Source: Patescibacteria group bacterium (lineage in GTDB: Bacteria > Patescibacteriota > Patescibacteriia > Patescibacteriales > UBA12465). Taken from it: DNA of 64,000 nucleotides. Below the pieces are notes generated by a model. The model was not told the origin of the DNA, searched no databases, and saw only the letters and a program-made list of their open reading frames with translations. Each line of letters begins with the position of its first letter. Position 1 is the stretch's first letter. The DNA is taken from contig JAQUAK010000001.1 of the NCBI GenBank assembly GCA_028687275.1, positions 36,213 to 100,212 of the forward strand. Reading direction: 5' to 3'. Positions 56,382 to 64,000 of the stretch are shown piece after piece. Both the position numbers and the translations under genes were made by a program.

Positions 56382-57071
56382 ATGTCTGAAAAAAATAGTC
56401 TTGTGCGCAACAAAGTAAACGTTTCCACTCAGCAATATTTAGACATTGCTGAGATTAAAGATGACGTTGTGATTATGAAAGATGGTACTTTGCGTGCAGT
56501 CTTATTAGTTTCTAGTATCAATTTTGCGTTAAAGAGTGAAGATGAACAGAATGCCGTTATTAATTCCTATGTGATGTTTTTAAACAATCTGAGCTTTATG
56601 TTAGAGATTGTAATTCAGTCACGTGAATTAGATATTGATAATTACATTACTTACTTACAAGAGAAGGAAAAACAACAGATAAATAAGTTATTAAAAGTAC
56701 AAACTTCAGAATATATTGAATATATTAAAGAACTGACCTCTTTGGGTAAGATTATGAATAAGCGTTTTTTCGTGGTTGTGCCTTATAATCCCTTAAGTGA
56801 TAGTCATAAAGGTTTTTTTTCTCTTTTAGGCGAGGCTTTAAAGCCAGCAACTTCCATTAAGTTAAAGGATAAGAGTTTTAATCGTTATAAGGAAATGCTT
56901 AATCGTCGACTTGATAGTGTCATTGGTGGAATGGAATCAATGGGAGTAAGTACTGCACGTTTAGACACACAAAGTTTAATTGAGTTATATTATAAGACTT
57001 ATAATCCCGAGACGGCCAAAAATCAGGATTTAGCTGATTTGAAAAAATTAAGAGTAGACACTAATAACTAA
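56382..57071 (+). CDS. Hypothetical T4SS-associated protein (pattern reminiscent of a VirB4/TraC N-terminal domain)
   Basis: The track start at 56331 overlaps the previous gene. ATG56382 (MSEKNS) lies 4 nt after its stop. 'YLDIAEIKDDVVIMKDGTLRAVLLVSSINFALKSEDEQ' parallels the sort of N-terminal segment seen in VirB4-like proteins. Weak call. Confidence 0.4.
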   Translation: MSEKNSLVRNKVNVSTQQYLDIAEIKDDVVIMKDGTLRAVLLVSSINFALKSEDEQNAVINSYVMFLNNLSFMLEIVIQSRELDIDNYITYLQEKEKQQINKLLKVQTSEYIEYIKELTSLGKIMNKRFFVVVPYNPLSDSHKGFFSLLGEALKPATSIKLKDKSFNRYKEMLNRRLDSVIGGMESMGVSTARLDTQSLIELYYKTYNPETAKNQDLADLKKLRVDTNN

Positions 57072-57079
57072 TCCTTCCT

Positions 57080-58969
57080 ATGGTTAATTTTAATAGAGAC
57101 AATGGTAAACAAAAAATAACTCTCAATACTCCCATTAGTTTATCTTCTCGGTCAAAGGAAAGGGCTATCGAAGCCGATCCAGAGATGACTAGAGAAATAA
57201 TCGAGGAAGAGAAGGCTTTTCGACGTGGTGTTTTGACGGTGCGAGATATTATTTCTCCTGCTAGTTTACAGGTTCATCCAAACTATCTAAGTTTGGGCTC
57301 TAAATTTGTGCGCACCATGTTCATCATTGCTTATCCGCGTTATATTAGTGTCGGCTGGTTTGCGCCAATCATCAATCTAAATCTCACTTTTGATGTTTCC
57401 ATGTTTTTCTATCCAGTTAAAAGTGCGGTTATTTTAAAACAATTAAAAAATAAGGTTGGCGCCTTAGAGGCACAGATTATTTCTGATGCTGAAAAGGGCG
57501 CTGCTCGTGATCCTTTACGTGAAACAGCCTTACGCGATATTGAATATTTACGTGACGCCTTAACTCAGGGAACAGAAAAGTTTTTTCAATTTTCACTTTA
57601 TGTTACTTTATACGCTGATAATTTAGAAGAGTTAGACCGCATGTCTGACCAGGTAGAAGATATCTTTGGCTCACGCTTAGTTTACTCTCGTCGGGTTTAT
57701 TTTCAGGCGGAACAAGGCTTTAACTCTACTTTACCCCTGGGTAATGATGAGCTCTATATTACTTTTAACATGAATTCCTCACCGATTGCCTCTTCTTTCC
57801 CCTTTATTTCTAGTGAGTTAACCAGCGATCGTGGTATTTTATATGGTATTAATCGCCATAATAATAGTTTAATTTTGTTTGATCGTTTTTCTTTACAGAA
57901 TGCTAACTCAGTTGTATTCGCTACTTCTGGTGCAGGTAAATCCTATGCAATTAAATTAGAAATTTTACGTTCTTTAATGTTGGGCGCAGAGGTGATTGTA
58001 ATTGATCCGGAGTATGAGTATAAGCATTTAGCAGAGGCTGTTGGTGGCACCTATGTGAACATCTCTTTAGCTTCAGAAAATAAAATTAATCCTTTTGATT
58101 TGCCTCGGGCTATCGGCGGAGAAGCTAAGGCTAAGGATATTATTCGTAGTGCGGTTATTACTTTGAAAGGTTTGGTGCGTTTAATGTTAGGTAAATTAGA
58201 TTATGATGAAGATTCAATTGTTGATCGAGCTTTATTAGAAACTTATGCTAAGAAAGATATAACTCCTGATTCTGATTTATCTACAATTGAACCACCAGTG
58301 ATGACTGACTTTGAGCAAGTTCTTGATGGTATGGAGGGCGGCTCTGACCTGGCTTTGCGTTTGAAAAAATATACGGAAGGAACTTTTGCTGGTTTGCTAA
58401 ATAGCACTACTAATGTCGAGATGAATAATCAATTGGTATGTTTTTCGGTACGTGACTTAGAAGATGAGCTTCGTCCTTTAGCTATTTACACTATTGTTAA
58501 TTATATTTGGAATACCGTACGTAGTGAAATGAGAAAACGTATTTTGGTAATTGATGAAGCTTGGTGGATGATGCAAAATGAAGATAGTGCTAAGTTTATT
58601 TTTGCTCTAGTGAAACGTTGCCGTAAATATTATTTAGGAGTAACGACGATTACGCAGGATGTAAATGATTTTTTAACCTCTCCTTATGGTAAGGCAATTG
58701 TAACTAACTCCTCTTTGCAGATATTATTAAAGCAATCGCCGGCGGCTATTGATTTAGTGCAAAAAACTTTCCTTCTCACCGAAGGCGAGAAATATTTGTT
58801 GTTGGAATGTGGCGTCGGCGAAGGCATTTTCTTTGCTGGTAATAAGCATGTGGCCATGAAAATTGTTGCTTCTTATGCGGAAGATCAATTAATTACTTCT
58901 GACCCACGACAGCTATTAGAGATTGAAGAGGCAAAAAAAGAATTTGATGAAAGTTTAAATCAAGAATAA
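57080..58969 (+). CDS. VirB4/TraC/PrgJ-like T4SS ATPase
   Basis: Walker A 'FATSGAGKSY' (nt ~57917-57946), Walker B 'ILVIDEAWWM' (nt ~58541-58570), 'ITQDVNDF' sensor-like block. Size and N-domain are typical of monoderm VirB4 homologs. Confidence 0.85.
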   Translation: MVNFNRDNGKQKITLNTPISLSSRSKERAIEADPEMTREIIEEEKAFRRGVLTVRDIISPASLQVHPNYLSLGSKFVRTMFIIAYPRYISVGWFAPIINLNLTFDVSMFFYPVKSAVILKQLKNKVGALEAQIISDAEKGAARDPLRETALRDIEYLRDALTQGTEKFFQFSLYVTLYADNLEELDRMSDQVEDIFGSRLVYSRRVYFQAEQGFNSTLPLGNDELYITFNMNSSPIASSFPFISSELTSDRGILYGINRHNNSLILFDRFSLQNANSVVFATSGAGKSYAIKLEILRSLMLGAEVIVIDPEYEYKHLAEAVGGTYVNISLASENKINPFDLPRAIGGEAKAKDIIRSAVITLKGLVRLMLGKLDYDEDSIVDRALLETYAKKDITPDSDLSTIEPPVMTDFEQVLDGMEGGSDLALRLKKYTEGTFAGLLNSTTNVEMNNQLVCFSVRDLEDELRPLAIYTIVNYIWNTVRSEMRKRILVIDEAWWMMQNEDSAKFIFALVKRCRKYYLGVTTITQDVNDFLTSPYGKAIVTNSSLQILLKQSPAAIDLVQKTFLLTEGEKYLLLECGVGEGIFFAGNKHVAMKIVASYAEDQLITSDPRQLLEIEEAKKEFDESLNQE

Positions 58970-58986
58970 ACTTAGTTTAAAAATAT

Positions 58987-59601
58987 ATGAATAACAACAA
59001 AAAATTAGGGATTTTTATTATCGTTGTTGGCTTACTTCTCATCGCCGCTATTATTTACTTTATCTTTATGCCTAATCGTACAGCTACGATTGAGACTCCA
59101 CCAGTTGATAATAACCCTTTAGTACAATTGCCAGCTGTCATTGAAACTAGTAGCACTACTCCAGGCGATCGTCCGCGTTATAAGGAGTATGATCTTAGCC
59201 AAGAAGCTGAGCACAAGACTAATGGTGATGATCTAGCTAAATTAGCATCTGCTTTTGCTGAGCGCCTAGGTTCTTATTCTAATCAGTCTAATTATAGTAA
59301 TTTTGAAGATTTAAATATTTTTATGACCGCTTCCATGCGTGATTGGGCTAAAAATTATGTAGAAAATACCCGTCGAGACAATCCCTACAATGGAACTTAT
59401 TACGGCGTGACCACTAAAGCAGTTAGTACAGAAGTTGTTGACTTTAATGATGCTCAAAGTAGCGCTGAGGTTGTCGTAAGCACACAAAGAAGGGAAACAA
59501 CTCTTGATGGTGGTGAAAATAATTATCAACAGAATTTGCGCCTTACTTTCATAAAAGAAGCTGACCAATGGTTAGTCGATGGCGCTTATTGGCTTAAATA
59601 A
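58987..59601 (+). CDS. Bitopic membrane protein, possible VirB8-like (NTF2-like C-terminal domain)
   Basis: N-terminal TM 'LGIFIIVVGLLLIAAIIYFIF', a linker, then an alpha+beta-looking domain ending 'LRLTFIKEADQWLVDGAYWLK'. Its position after VirB4 matches PrgL/TcpC-type proteins. The fold assignment is inference. Confidence 0.35.
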   Translation: MNNNKKLGIFIIVVGLLLIAAIIYFIFMPNRTATIETPPVDNNPLVQLPAVIETSSTTPGDRPRYKEYDLSQEAEHKTNGDDLAKLASAFAERLGSYSNQSNYSNFEDLNIFMTASMRDWAKNYVENTRRDNPYNGTYYGVTTKAVSTEVVDFNDAQSSAEVVVSTQRRETTLDGGENNYQQNLRLTFIKEADQWLVDGAYWLK

Positions 59602-59603
59602 AT

Positions 59604-60950
59604 ATGGCAGTGAAGAAGGTGTATGTATGTTCGCATTGCGACGCCCAATTTCCGAAATGGAGTGGGCGTTGTTTGGAATGTGGTTCATGGGGGACTTTAG
59701 ATGAGAATATTAGCGATAGTCAAACTGAAAAGAAAGAGGCGGCTAAAAAAGTCGGTGACGCCACTGTCTTAGATTTACGCTCTTTAAAAGCCGGTCCAGA
59801 AATTAGAATGAAGAGTGGTTGGGAAGAGATTGATCGGGTTCTAGGTGGGGGCTTATTACCAGGTTCTCTATTACTCTTAAGTGGTGAACCAGGTATCGGC
59901 AAGAGTACGCTCGCGGCTCAATTAGCAGACACTTTAAGCGGCAAAGGTGAGGTTTTATATGTTAGCGGTGAAGAATCAGCTATCCAAGTAAAATCTCGCT
60001 TAGAAAGGTTAAAATGTGACTTAAGTCGCCTGCGTTTTATTGGTGAAACCAGTGTTGAAAAAATTGCTGGAGCTGCTATTAAGATGAAGCCTAGTTTAGT
60101 GGTGGTTGATTCTATTCAAACTGTTTATTCCTCTTTAATTCCTTCGGAAGCGGGTAGTTTAAGCCAGATTAGAGCGGTGGCAGTTAAATTTTTAGAGATT
60201 GCTAAAGAATATGGAATTAGTGTCCTTCTAATTGGACATATTACTAAAGATGGCCAAGTGGCTGGGCCAAAATCTCTGGAGCATATTGTTGACACGGTCT
60301 TGTCTTTAGAAAATGAACCAGGTAGTAATTATTGTCTATTGCGGACTAGTAAGAATCGTTTTGGCTCAGTTAATGAATTAGGTGTTTTAGAAATGACTGG
60401 CACTGGCTTTATTGAAGCGAAAGATCCTAGCTCAGTTTTTCTAGGAGCTGGTGCTACCGCTATTCCGGGTTCTGTTATTGGTTGTGTCTTAGAAGGAAGC
60501 CGGCCCTTCTTGGTTAATATTCAAGCTTTAGTTACACGGACAGTCTTTGGTTATCCGCAACGTAAGGCCAGCGGTTTAGACATTAATCGCTTGCAAGTTT
60601 TAAGTGCAGTTATTGCCAAGCGTAGTCAGATTAATCTGGTTACTCGTGATATTATTTTAAATGTAGTTGGTGGTTTAAAGATTAATGACCCCGCCCTTGA
60701 TTTAGCTGTCTGTGCGGCTATTATTTCTTCTTATTTGAATAAATCATTGGCTCCTGGCATGGTAATTATCGGCGAAGTTGGCCTTGGCGCTGAGCTTCGT
60801 CCAGTTTTCCGTTTGGAACACAGGCTTAAAGAAGCAGAAAAATTGGGCTTTAAAAGTGCTATTGTGCCCGCTGGAGTTGAATATAAGTCGGGTAAGCTAA
60901 AATTGCTAAAAATTAGTAATTTAGGAGAATTGGTTGATTTAATGAAATAG
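59604..60950 (+). CDS. radA: DNA repair/recombination protein RadA (Sms)
   Basis: Zn-finger 'CSHCDAQFPKWSGRCLECGSW', Walker A 'GEPGIGKST', 'KNRFG' motif, Lon-like C-domain. The ATG lies 2 nt after the preceding stop. Confidence 0.95.
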   Translation: MAVKKVYVCSHCDAQFPKWSGRCLECGSWGTLDENISDSQTEKKEAAKKVGDATVLDLRSLKAGPEIRMKSGWEEIDRVLGGGLLPGSLLLLSGEPGIGKSTLAAQLADTLSGKGEVLYVSGEESAIQVKSRLERLKCDLSRLRFIGETSVEKIAGAAIKMKPSLVVVDSIQTVYSSLIPSEAGSLSQIRAVAVKFLEIAKEYGISVLLIGHITKDGQVAGPKSLEHIVDTVLSLENEPGSNYCLLRTSKNRFGSVNELGVLEMTGTGFIEAKDPSSVFLGAGATAIPGSVIGCVLEGSRPFLVNIQALVTRTVFGYPQRKASGLDINRLQVLSAVIAKRSQINLVTRDIILNVVGGLKINDPALDLAVCAAIISSYLNKSLAPGMVIIGEVGLGAELRPVFRLEHRLKEAEKLGFKSAIVPAGVEYKSGKLKLLKISNLGELVDLMK

Positions 60951-60972
60951 TTTTTATCCCCAGAAAACAGTA

Positions 60973-61001
60973 TTGACAAGATATTAAAAAAGTGCTATAA
61001 T
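60973..61001 (+). promoter_or_regulatory. Consensus sigma70-type promoter (TTGACA-17 bp-TATAAT, with TGc extended -10)
   Basis: TTGACA at 60973-60978 and TATAAT at 60996-61001 with an exact 17-bp spacer, TG at 60993-60994. The best promoter match I found in the window. Confidence 0.6.
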
Positions 61002-61030
61002 TCAGTCATCGTACCTTGAAAAAGAAGGTT

Positions 61031-61082
61031 TTAAAGGTTTATACAGATTGATCAGTTTTGGTCAGGCTATATAAACCTTTAA
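61031..61082 (+). promoter_or_regulatory. Long imperfect hairpin in the 5' leader of the 61093 gene
   Basis: TTAAAGGTTTATA (61031-61043) pairs perfectly with TATAAACCTTTAA (61070-61082). Inner stem TGATC (61049-53) / GGTCA (61060-64). No T-run follows, and no obvious Shine-Dalgarno sequence precedes ATG61093. Confidence 0.5.
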
Positions 61083-61092
61083 CACTTATACA

Positions 61093-61491
61093 ATGAAAAA
61101 AGTAGCAATGAGCTTATTCGTAGCAGGCATACTGTCTGCAATCATTTTGATGGCTGGAGTTTTCTTTCTCTTTATTCATATTTTTCAGGAAACTCCTGGG
61201 ATTACAGAGGAAGCGCGCTCTGCGGGGAGTTTCCTCATTTTTATCAAGAACCCCGTGGTTCTGATAGTGCTTACAATTTTGGCGGTCTACTCTATCATTA
61301 TTGGTAGTCTTGCTCAGTATAAGCAGGGTATTAAAAACCCGAGATTCTTAATGAGAGCATTAGAATGTCGTGGCATTAAATTGCCCTTGCTATTTCTAGC
61401 GCTGATCCCATTGTCAATAATTAAATTGGCAAATGTAGTTCATCGTCTATCAAAGAATTTAATGCAAGATTTTGTAGAATATCTAGCATAA
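61093..61491 (+). CDS. Hypothetical small membrane protein (3-4 TM)
   Basis: Hydrophobic helices 'MSLFVAGILSAIILMAGVFFLFIHIF', 'VVLIVLTILAVYSIIIGSLA', 'LPLLFLALIPLSII'. Has its own promoter and terminator. Confidence 0.55.
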   Translation: MKKVAMSLFVAGILSAIILMAGVFFLFIHIFQETPGITEEARSAGSFLIFIKNPVVLIVLTILAVYSIIIGSLAQYKQGIKNPRFLMRALECRGIKLPLLFLALIPLSIIKLANVVHRLSKNLMQDFVEYLA

Positions 61492-61514
61492 TCTCATTAT
61501 TCTTTAACGTCTTT

Positions 61515-61545
61515 TGCCCCCTTTCAACTTGGGGGCATTTTTTTA
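61515..61545 (+). terminator. Rho-independent terminator
   Basis: TGCCCCC / GGGGGCA stem, 9-nt loop, then TTTTTTTT. Confidence 0.75.
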
Positions 61546-61565
61546 TCCAAAAATTATTATTATAA

Positions 61566-61594
61566 AATAAAAAACCCCCGTTATTGACGGGGGT
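61566..61594 (-). terminator. Rho-independent terminator for the minus-strand 88-aa gene
   Basis: The minus strand reads ACCCCCG-TCAATAA-CGGGGGT followed by TTTTTT. Confidence 0.7.
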
Positions 61595-61612
61595 CTCTGG
61601 CTCAAGTTAATC

Positions 61613-61879
61613 TTAATTTAATTCAGGCCGGGGTAATCTTTGTCTTTTTGTTTTGCTGGTTGTTTTTTCTTTGCTTCTTTTTTCAAAGATTTTTTTAATC
61701 TTTGTTCTGTCTTTTTCAGACAGTTGCAACTCATGCAGAGTAATCTTTTGTGGCGGTCTTTTGTCGTCACAATCGCTGCAGTTTCTTGCATTTTTTACCA
61801 AAATTGTTCCATTCTCTTTGAAGATGTCTTCGTGTTCGAAAGCAACTTCAATGCCTTGAAAGTCTGCGTAGTAACACAT
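61613..61879 (-). CDS. Hypothetical 88-aa protein with a basic C-terminal tail
   Basis: Normal composition, in contrast to the F/C-rich plus-strand shadow ORFs. Has its own minus-strand terminator and a candidate TTGACA-17-TAGTAT promoter at 61925-61953 (minus). Confidence 0.5.
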   Translation of the reverse strand: MCYYADFQGIEVAFEHEDIFKENGTILVKNARNCSDCDDKRPPQKITLHELQLSEKDRTKIKKIFEKRSKEKTTSKTKRQRLPRPELN

Positions 61880-61956
61880 TTCGTAATGTTTTAAGTGAAT
61901 ATTATGTTAATTAACTGTAATTATATACTATATATTTTATTCATTTTTGTCAAATA

Positions 61957-64000
61957 TTACTCTAAATGTGTTTCGTTAGTATCGTTTTTAATTAGACGTT
62001 CTTTGATTAAGGGGTGTTTATCTAATTCTGGGTCGTTTTTAATCAATTCGCTGGCGGTAATTTGGGCCTTTTTAATTAGTTCGTGATCAAATAAAGAGGC
62101 AATTTTAAGCTCAGGAAAGCCGCTTTGTACCAGGCCATATAAGTCACCAGCGCCACGTAAGTGGAGGTCCATTTTGGCTAAGGAGAGGCCGTCGTTATAT
62201 TTACTCAAGGCCTGTAGTCTTAAGGCAGTTTTTTGACTCTGGTTGTCTTGACTGGCTAATAAAAGGCAGTATGATTGTTCGCTGCCACGGCCAACGCGAC
62301 CACGAAACTGATGCAACTGAGCTAGTCCAAATCTTTCCGCGCCTTCAATTAACATGACACTAGCATTCGGCACGTCTACTCCAACTTCAACTACGGCTGT
62401 AGCTACTAAAATATTAATTTTACCTTCAGCAAAATCTTTCATTACCTTTTCTTTGTCGGCGCTTTTTAAGCGTCCGTGGACGAGGCCAATGTTTAATTGG
62501 GGGAAAATATCATTTTTTAAATGTTTATATTCGGTAGTAGCTGATTTTACCCCCAATTTATCAGACTCATTTACTAAAGGACAAATTACAAAAGCTTGTT
62601 GCCCTAAATTAACTTTCTGAGCGATAAAATCATAGGCTTGTTGGCGATTATCTTCAGAAATTATTTTGGTAATAATAGTTTTACGATTTTTTGGTAGCTC
62701 TTTAATTAGAGAAATATCAAGATCGCCGTAAATAGCCAAGGCTAATGAACGGGGGATAGGAGTGGCTGTCATGGATAGAAAGTGGGGCCAGAGTTCTCCA
62801 CTTTGTTGTAGTTTTTGTCTTTGTTTGACGCCGAAACGATGTTGTTCATCAACAATCACTAAAGCTAAACGGGGAATAGTGTAATTTTGGATTAAAGCTT
62901 GAGTGCCGATAATAATTTCTGCTTCATTAATTATCTTTTGTCGACGATCATCTTTTTTCTTAGGTAGTTCAAAATTAGCTTCAGCTTGACTACCAGTTAG
63001 AAGAGCTAATTTGGTATTAAAGGGAATAAGTAGCTTGCTTAGACTAGTATAATGTTGACTGGCTAATATTTCAGTTGGTGCCATTAGAGCCCCTTGATAT
63101 TTATTAATAGCCACATTAAACAGAGCCATGGTAGCAACTACGGTTTTGCCTGAGCCAACATCACCCTCAAGTAATCTGGACATGGGTGAATTTTTATCAA
63201 TATCTTGTAGAATTTCCCAAGCGGCATTTTTTTGACCAGCGGTGAGATTGAAGGGTAGTTGACTAACAAATTTCCTAGTTAGCATTTCCTGGAAAAGAAC
63301 TTTAGGGGCTGGCTTGTTCTGTAGTTCTTGTTTTAGAATTTGTGAACGTAACTGTCTTAAAAATAATTCATCAAAGCCAAGCCGTTGACGAGCTTGTTTG
63401 GCTTCCTCTAAATTCTTAGGGAAGTGGGCCTGTATAATGGCTTCGTTAATTGATAATAGTTTTAATTTTTTTCTAATATCTTCAGGCAGCCACTCTTCTA
63501 TTTTAGTAGCGGCCGCAAGAGATTGTTTTATTAAAAAACGTATTTGTTTTTGAGTTAAATTAGAGCTAAGTGAATATACTGGCACTAAACCTTGGGTGTG
63601 GATTAATTGCTCATCACCTGCTTTTTCATATTGTGGGGCCACCAAACTTAGCTGTCCGTAATTTTCGGCCGTTTTACCCGCCAAAGAGACTCTATCACCT
63701 GCTTTAAGATTTTGGGCAATAAAGGGTTGGTTAAACCAGACAACTTTAATTGTCCCTGTATTATCACTAACTAAAGCCTCAGTTAATTGTCGCTTTTGTC
63801 TAGAACTACGTTTATTCTGAATTAATTCGATGACGCCATTGATGCTAACATTTTGCCCTACCATCACTTGATTGATTGGTGTTGACTGACTGAAATCATC
63901 ATAGCGAAAAGGGAAATATAAAAGCAGGTCTTGGACTGTTTCCAGGCCCAGTTTTTTTAAGTGTTGGGCCGTGCTTTGGCCAACTCTATTTAAGGCTGAT
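61957..64000 (-). CDS. recG: ATP-dependent DNA helicase RecG, 5' partial (continues past the right edge)
   Basis: 'GDVGSGKT' Walker A, 'VDEQHRFGV', 'ATPIPRS', 'QLHQFRGRVGRG'. Upstream of the track start the frame stays open and encodes '...LNRVGQSTAQHLKKLGLETVQDLLLYFPFRYDDFS', the usual RecG N-terminus. Confidence 0.93.
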   Translation of the reverse strand, partial: SALNRVGQSTAQHLKKLGLETVQDLLLYFPFRYDDFSQSTPINQVMVGQNVSINGVIELIQNKRSSRQKRQLTEALVSDNTGTIKVVWFNQPFIAQNLKAGDRVSLAGKTAENYGQLSLVAPQYEKAGDEQLIHTQGLVPVYSLSSNLTQKQIRFLIKQSLAAATKIEEWLPEDIRKKLKLLSINEAIIQAHFPKNLEEAKQARQRLGFDELFLRQLRSQILKQELQNKPAPKVLFQEMLTRKFVSQLPFNLTAGQKNAAWEILQDIDKNSPMSRLLEGDVGSGKTVVATMALFNVAINKYQGALMAPTEILASQHYTSLSKLLIPFNTKLALLTGSQAEANFELPKKKDDRRQKIINEAEIIIGTQALIQNYTIPRLALVIVDEQHRFGVKQRQKLQQSGELWPHFLSMTATPIPRSLALAIYGDLDISLIKELPKNRKTIITKIISEDNRQQAYDFIAQKVNLGQQAFVICPLVNESDKLGVKSATTEYKHLKNDIFPQLNIGLVHGRLKSADKEKVMKDFAEGKINILVATAVVEVGVDVPNASVMLIEGAERFGLAQLHQFRGRVGRGSEQSYCLLLASQDNQSQKTALRLQALSKYNDGLSLAKMDLHLRGAGDLYGLVQSGFPELKIASLFDHELIKKAQITASELIKNDPELDKHPLIKERLIKNDTNETHLE

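Noticed and set aside
61640-61894. Plus-strand ORFs (84 and 68 aa) overlapping the 88-aa minus-strand gene
   Set aside because: Their F/C/S-rich translations are typical of the antisense of a K/E-rich gene. The terminator and candidate promoter fit the minus-strand ORF. The strand choice remains moderately uncertain.
1-64000. Alternative genetic code (UGA recoding, as in some CPR lineages)
   Set aside because: TGA terminates ORFs at sensible positions (for example 15811-15813 and 43872-43874), and conserved proteins show no in-frame TGA. The standard bacterial code fits.
1-64000. CRISPR arrays, tRNA/rRNA genes, transposases/integrases, and a diversity-generating retroelement acting on the Cys-rich or lectin-like genes
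   Set aside because: I saw no regularly spaced repeats and no reverse-transcriptase, transposase or integrase-like ORFs. I found no template/variable repeat pair, and the intergenic regions are too AT-rich and unstructured for tRNAs. A by-eye scan cannot exclude small ncRNAs.

Overview
AT-rich (roughly 35-40% GC by eye), gene-dense bacterial chromosome segment. It uses the standard code: TAA, TAG and TGA all close long, well-behaved ORFs. Gene content and style suggest a reduced Patescibacteria/CPR-like genome; that placement is inference, since no rRNA or tRNA lies in the window. Most of the window is recognisable housekeeping: GH57-like (5' partial), ftsK, a murE-like Mur ligase, rpoB-rpoC, a glycosylation cluster, murJ, lepA, recJ, RNase H, xth, leuS, rsmA, gltX, an adenosine kinase-ahcY-metK methyl-cycle module, radA and recG (5' partial at the right edge). 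Three accessory regions stand out. (1) 24.2-30.2 kb, minus strand: a seven-gene, tightly packed operon. A membrane-anchored DsbA-like oxidoreductase heads a four-subunit pyruvate:ferredoxin oxidoreductase (porG-porD-porA-porB). A cysteine-rich gene carrying a VirB2/TrbC-like pilin hairpin sits between porA and porB. A paralog that also carries an intact M15 (VanY-like) peptidoglycan peptidase domain overlaps the porB stop. (2) 34.4-43.3 kb: a thrombospondin-type-3-repeat protein followed by a 2735-aa secreted protein with about 110 cysteines by my hand count. It has a recurring C-x5-G-C-x2-aromatic motif, several CBM-like beta-sandwich-looking modules and a C-terminal PKD-like 'DWGDGS' domain. 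(3) 45.8-59.6 kb: a bipartite, monoderm-style type IV secretion-like locus with VirB6/TrbL-like, PrgI/VirB3-like, VirB4-like ATPase and a possible VirB8-like protein. The methyl-cycle genes split it in two, it runs straight into radA, and no coupling protein or relaxase is present in the window. I saw no CRISPR array, tRNA, rRNA, transposase or integrase. All family assignments come from motif recognition by eye, not from searches.
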